A program made the translations under genes and the position numbers. The notes under the pieces are model-generated. The model was given only the letters and a program-made list of their open reading frames with translations. It was not told the DNA's origin and did no database searches. From positions 248,001 through 312,000 of the forward strand of contig QPMI01000015.1 of NCBI GenBank assembly GCA_004431415.1: a DNA stretch of 64,000 nt. The letters run 5' to 3'. This DNA comes from Cyanophora paradoxa CCMP329. Taxonomy: Eukaryota > Plantae > Glaucophyta. Positions 62,238 to 64,000 of the stretch are shown piece by piece. Every line of letters begins with the position of its first letter. The stretch's first letter is position 1.

Positions 62238-63461
62238 ATGAGCGCGTACTGGAACCACGAGCGGGTCTCCTTCTCCGAAGGTCCCTGCGCCGTCGTCAAG
62301 TCGAATCCCTACCCGTGGCTTTCGGGAGGCTTCGTCCCGCCCGGGCTCTTCCCGCCGCAGCGGCAGCCGGGCCACTGCGATGCGCATCCCGCGGAGCACC
62401 CGCCGGCCAGCAGCGAGGGATCGGGCGGCCTCAGTGCCTTCGGGAAGCTCGACAGGCACCTGTCCATCCAGGTCCTGTCGCTGCTCGACGGGGCCGGGCG
62501 CGCGGTCGCGTCGCTCGTCTGCCGCGAGTGGCTCGCCGTCATCCGGTCCGAGTGGCCGTGGCGCTCCCTCCGCTCCATCGCCCCGGGGCACTCGATCCAC
62601 GGCTCCGCGGCGCCCGGCCCGGCCTCTAGCCCCTTCCCGGACGACCGGCGGCACCTGCGCTGGCTCGAGTCGGCCGACCTGACCGCGACGCCCGACCTGG
62701 CGATCGAGCTGCTGGGGCTCGTCCAGTGCGCGGGCGGCCTCCGCCGCCTCAGCGTCCGCTTCAACCGGCCCTCCGCGGAGGCCCTCGATGCGGTCGCCGC
62801 CGTCGCCCCGCGGCTCCAGGAGCTCGAGCTGGACTTCGTGTCGCCGGCCGCCTTCGCCGGCGAGGAGGCCGCCTGCACGGAGGCCATGCGGCGCCTCCTC
62901 GGCAGCTGCGGCGAGGTCGCCCGCCTCGCCGTCTCGGGCGGCGGCGAGGGCGCCGGCCCCGGGTCGCCCGCCGCCCTCGTGGACGACGCCGGCGTTCACG
63001 CCCTCGCGGAGAGCGCCGGGCCCTCCCTTCGCTCCCTCCACCTCATCTCGGCCTTTGCGCCGACGCTGCCGGCGCTCTCGGCCCTCCTGGCGCGCTGCCC
63101 CTCCCTCACATGCCTCTCCTTCTCCCGCCAGCGCTTCGAGCCGATCTTCGGCTCCTCCGCGCACCCCCCCGAGTCCGAACCCCGGGCCTCGTCGCCCTGC
63201 CGGCTGCCGTACCCCGCCTACCCCTTCATCGGGAGCTCGGCGCGCGTCGAGGTGCGGGCCGAGGAGCTGGGGCGCGAGGCGGCGGTGGCCGAGGCCGTCC
63301 GCATCCTGGAGTCCATCTACGCGGGGGCCTTCACGCACCAGGCCTCTTCCTTCAGGGCCGCCCCCTCCTTCGCCGACCTCGGCGGCAGCGCCCTCCTCGC
63401 GCACTGCGGGAGCCCCATGCTCCTGCACCGCGCCTCGGTCGACCTCGTCCTCGTCTGCTGA
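62238..63461 (+). CDS. Intronless F-box protein with LRR/RNI-like repeats
   Basis: F-box LDRHLSIQVLSLLDGAGRAVASLVCREWLAV; repeats LRRLSV, LQELEL, LRSLHL, CPSLTCLSF. Confidence 0.75.
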   Translation: MSAYWNHERVSFSEGPCAVVKSNPYPWLSGGFVPPGLFPPQRQPGHCDAHPAEHPPASSEGSGGLSAFGKLDRHLSIQVLSLLDGAGRAVASLVCREWLAVIRSEWPWRSLRSIAPGHSIHGSAAPGPASSPFPDDRRHLRWLESADLTATPDLAIELLGLVQCAGGLRRLSVRFNRPSAEALDAVAAVAPRLQELELDFVSPAAFAGEEAACTEAMRRLLGSCGEVARLAVSGGGEGAGPGSPAALVDDAGVHALAESAGPSLRSLHLISAFAPTLPALSALLARCPSLTCLSFSRQRFEPIFGSSAHPPESEPRASSPCRLPYPAYPFIGSSARVEVRAEELGREAAVAEAVRILESIYAGAFTHQASSFRAAPSFADLGGSALLAHCGSPMLLHRASVDLVLVC

Positions 63462-64000
63462 AGCTCGAGTGCGAAACTTTTCTCGACGTTGGCGTTGCCA
63501 AGTTGTACCTTGCATCACAGCGGTGTTCATCGCTTGTACCATAGTTAGTAATCTATCGTACGGTATTCGCTCTTTCCCTGGTCTCAGACCGACCTCTTTT
63601 GATGTACCTTTGATTTTCTAAATCAGCCCCCGCATTTTGCAGCTGCGTGTAATTTTCCTCGTGTAGAGATGTGCTGCCCGGCAGCAGAACTTTTGGGCCA
63701 CTGGGCCATGCTTCCAGAAAGTTCCGATATCGATGATCAGCTTGCAGGATTCCGAATGATTGAATTTCCTGCCAGCGCCCAGCCAGTGGCGCGACGGTCC
63801 GGATTCTCGTGTCCTCTTTAACGTCCGTAGCCTAGCAGTAGCCTAGTAGCGATAGACAGTCGGACTCGTAGACTCGAATATTTCGATTTTCCGACTCAAT
63901 TTCAGCTTCGGATCATTGGATTCGGTAGAAGGTAGAGGTAGGTATGCCATGATCGGCAGTTCTTGGCGTATTTATTCTACAACGCCGTGACGTGACAGAC

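Overview
Gene-dense eukaryotic genomic DNA with many short (about 50-70 nt) spliceosomal introns. The organism is a flagellated photosynthetic protist. A nuclear POR with an MAFV-type transit peptide, together with axonemal genes, points to a glaucophyte such as Cyanophora (inference). About 20 protein genes can be reconstructed by hand splicing: a NEK-like 3' end, a PAP2 phosphatase, a REC-F-box-WD40 protein, a DNAH1-type inner-arm dynein heavy chain, an MPP9-like coiled-coil protein, a UBE3B/C-like HECT ligase, a choline/ethanolamine kinase, POR, RPC8, U1A/U2B'', a gp78/HRD1-like RING ligase, CFAP298, PWP2, a PPI/BFR1-like protein, RIB43A, a C2HC-finger + KHA-like protein, SSRP1, an F-box protein and several unknowns. 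Highlights: (1) a complete CELF/Bruno-type RRM is spliced in frame into the tail of the dynein heavy chain on two phase-0 cassette exons; (2) an intact two-component receiver domain is fused to F-box + WD40, a candidate phosphorelay-gated SCF receptor, and it needs a 7-nt microexon; (3) GC-AG introns are very dense in the HECT gene; (4) the intergenic spacers are saturated with palindromes and carry small repeats. All exon boundaries were inferred by eye. No database searches were run.
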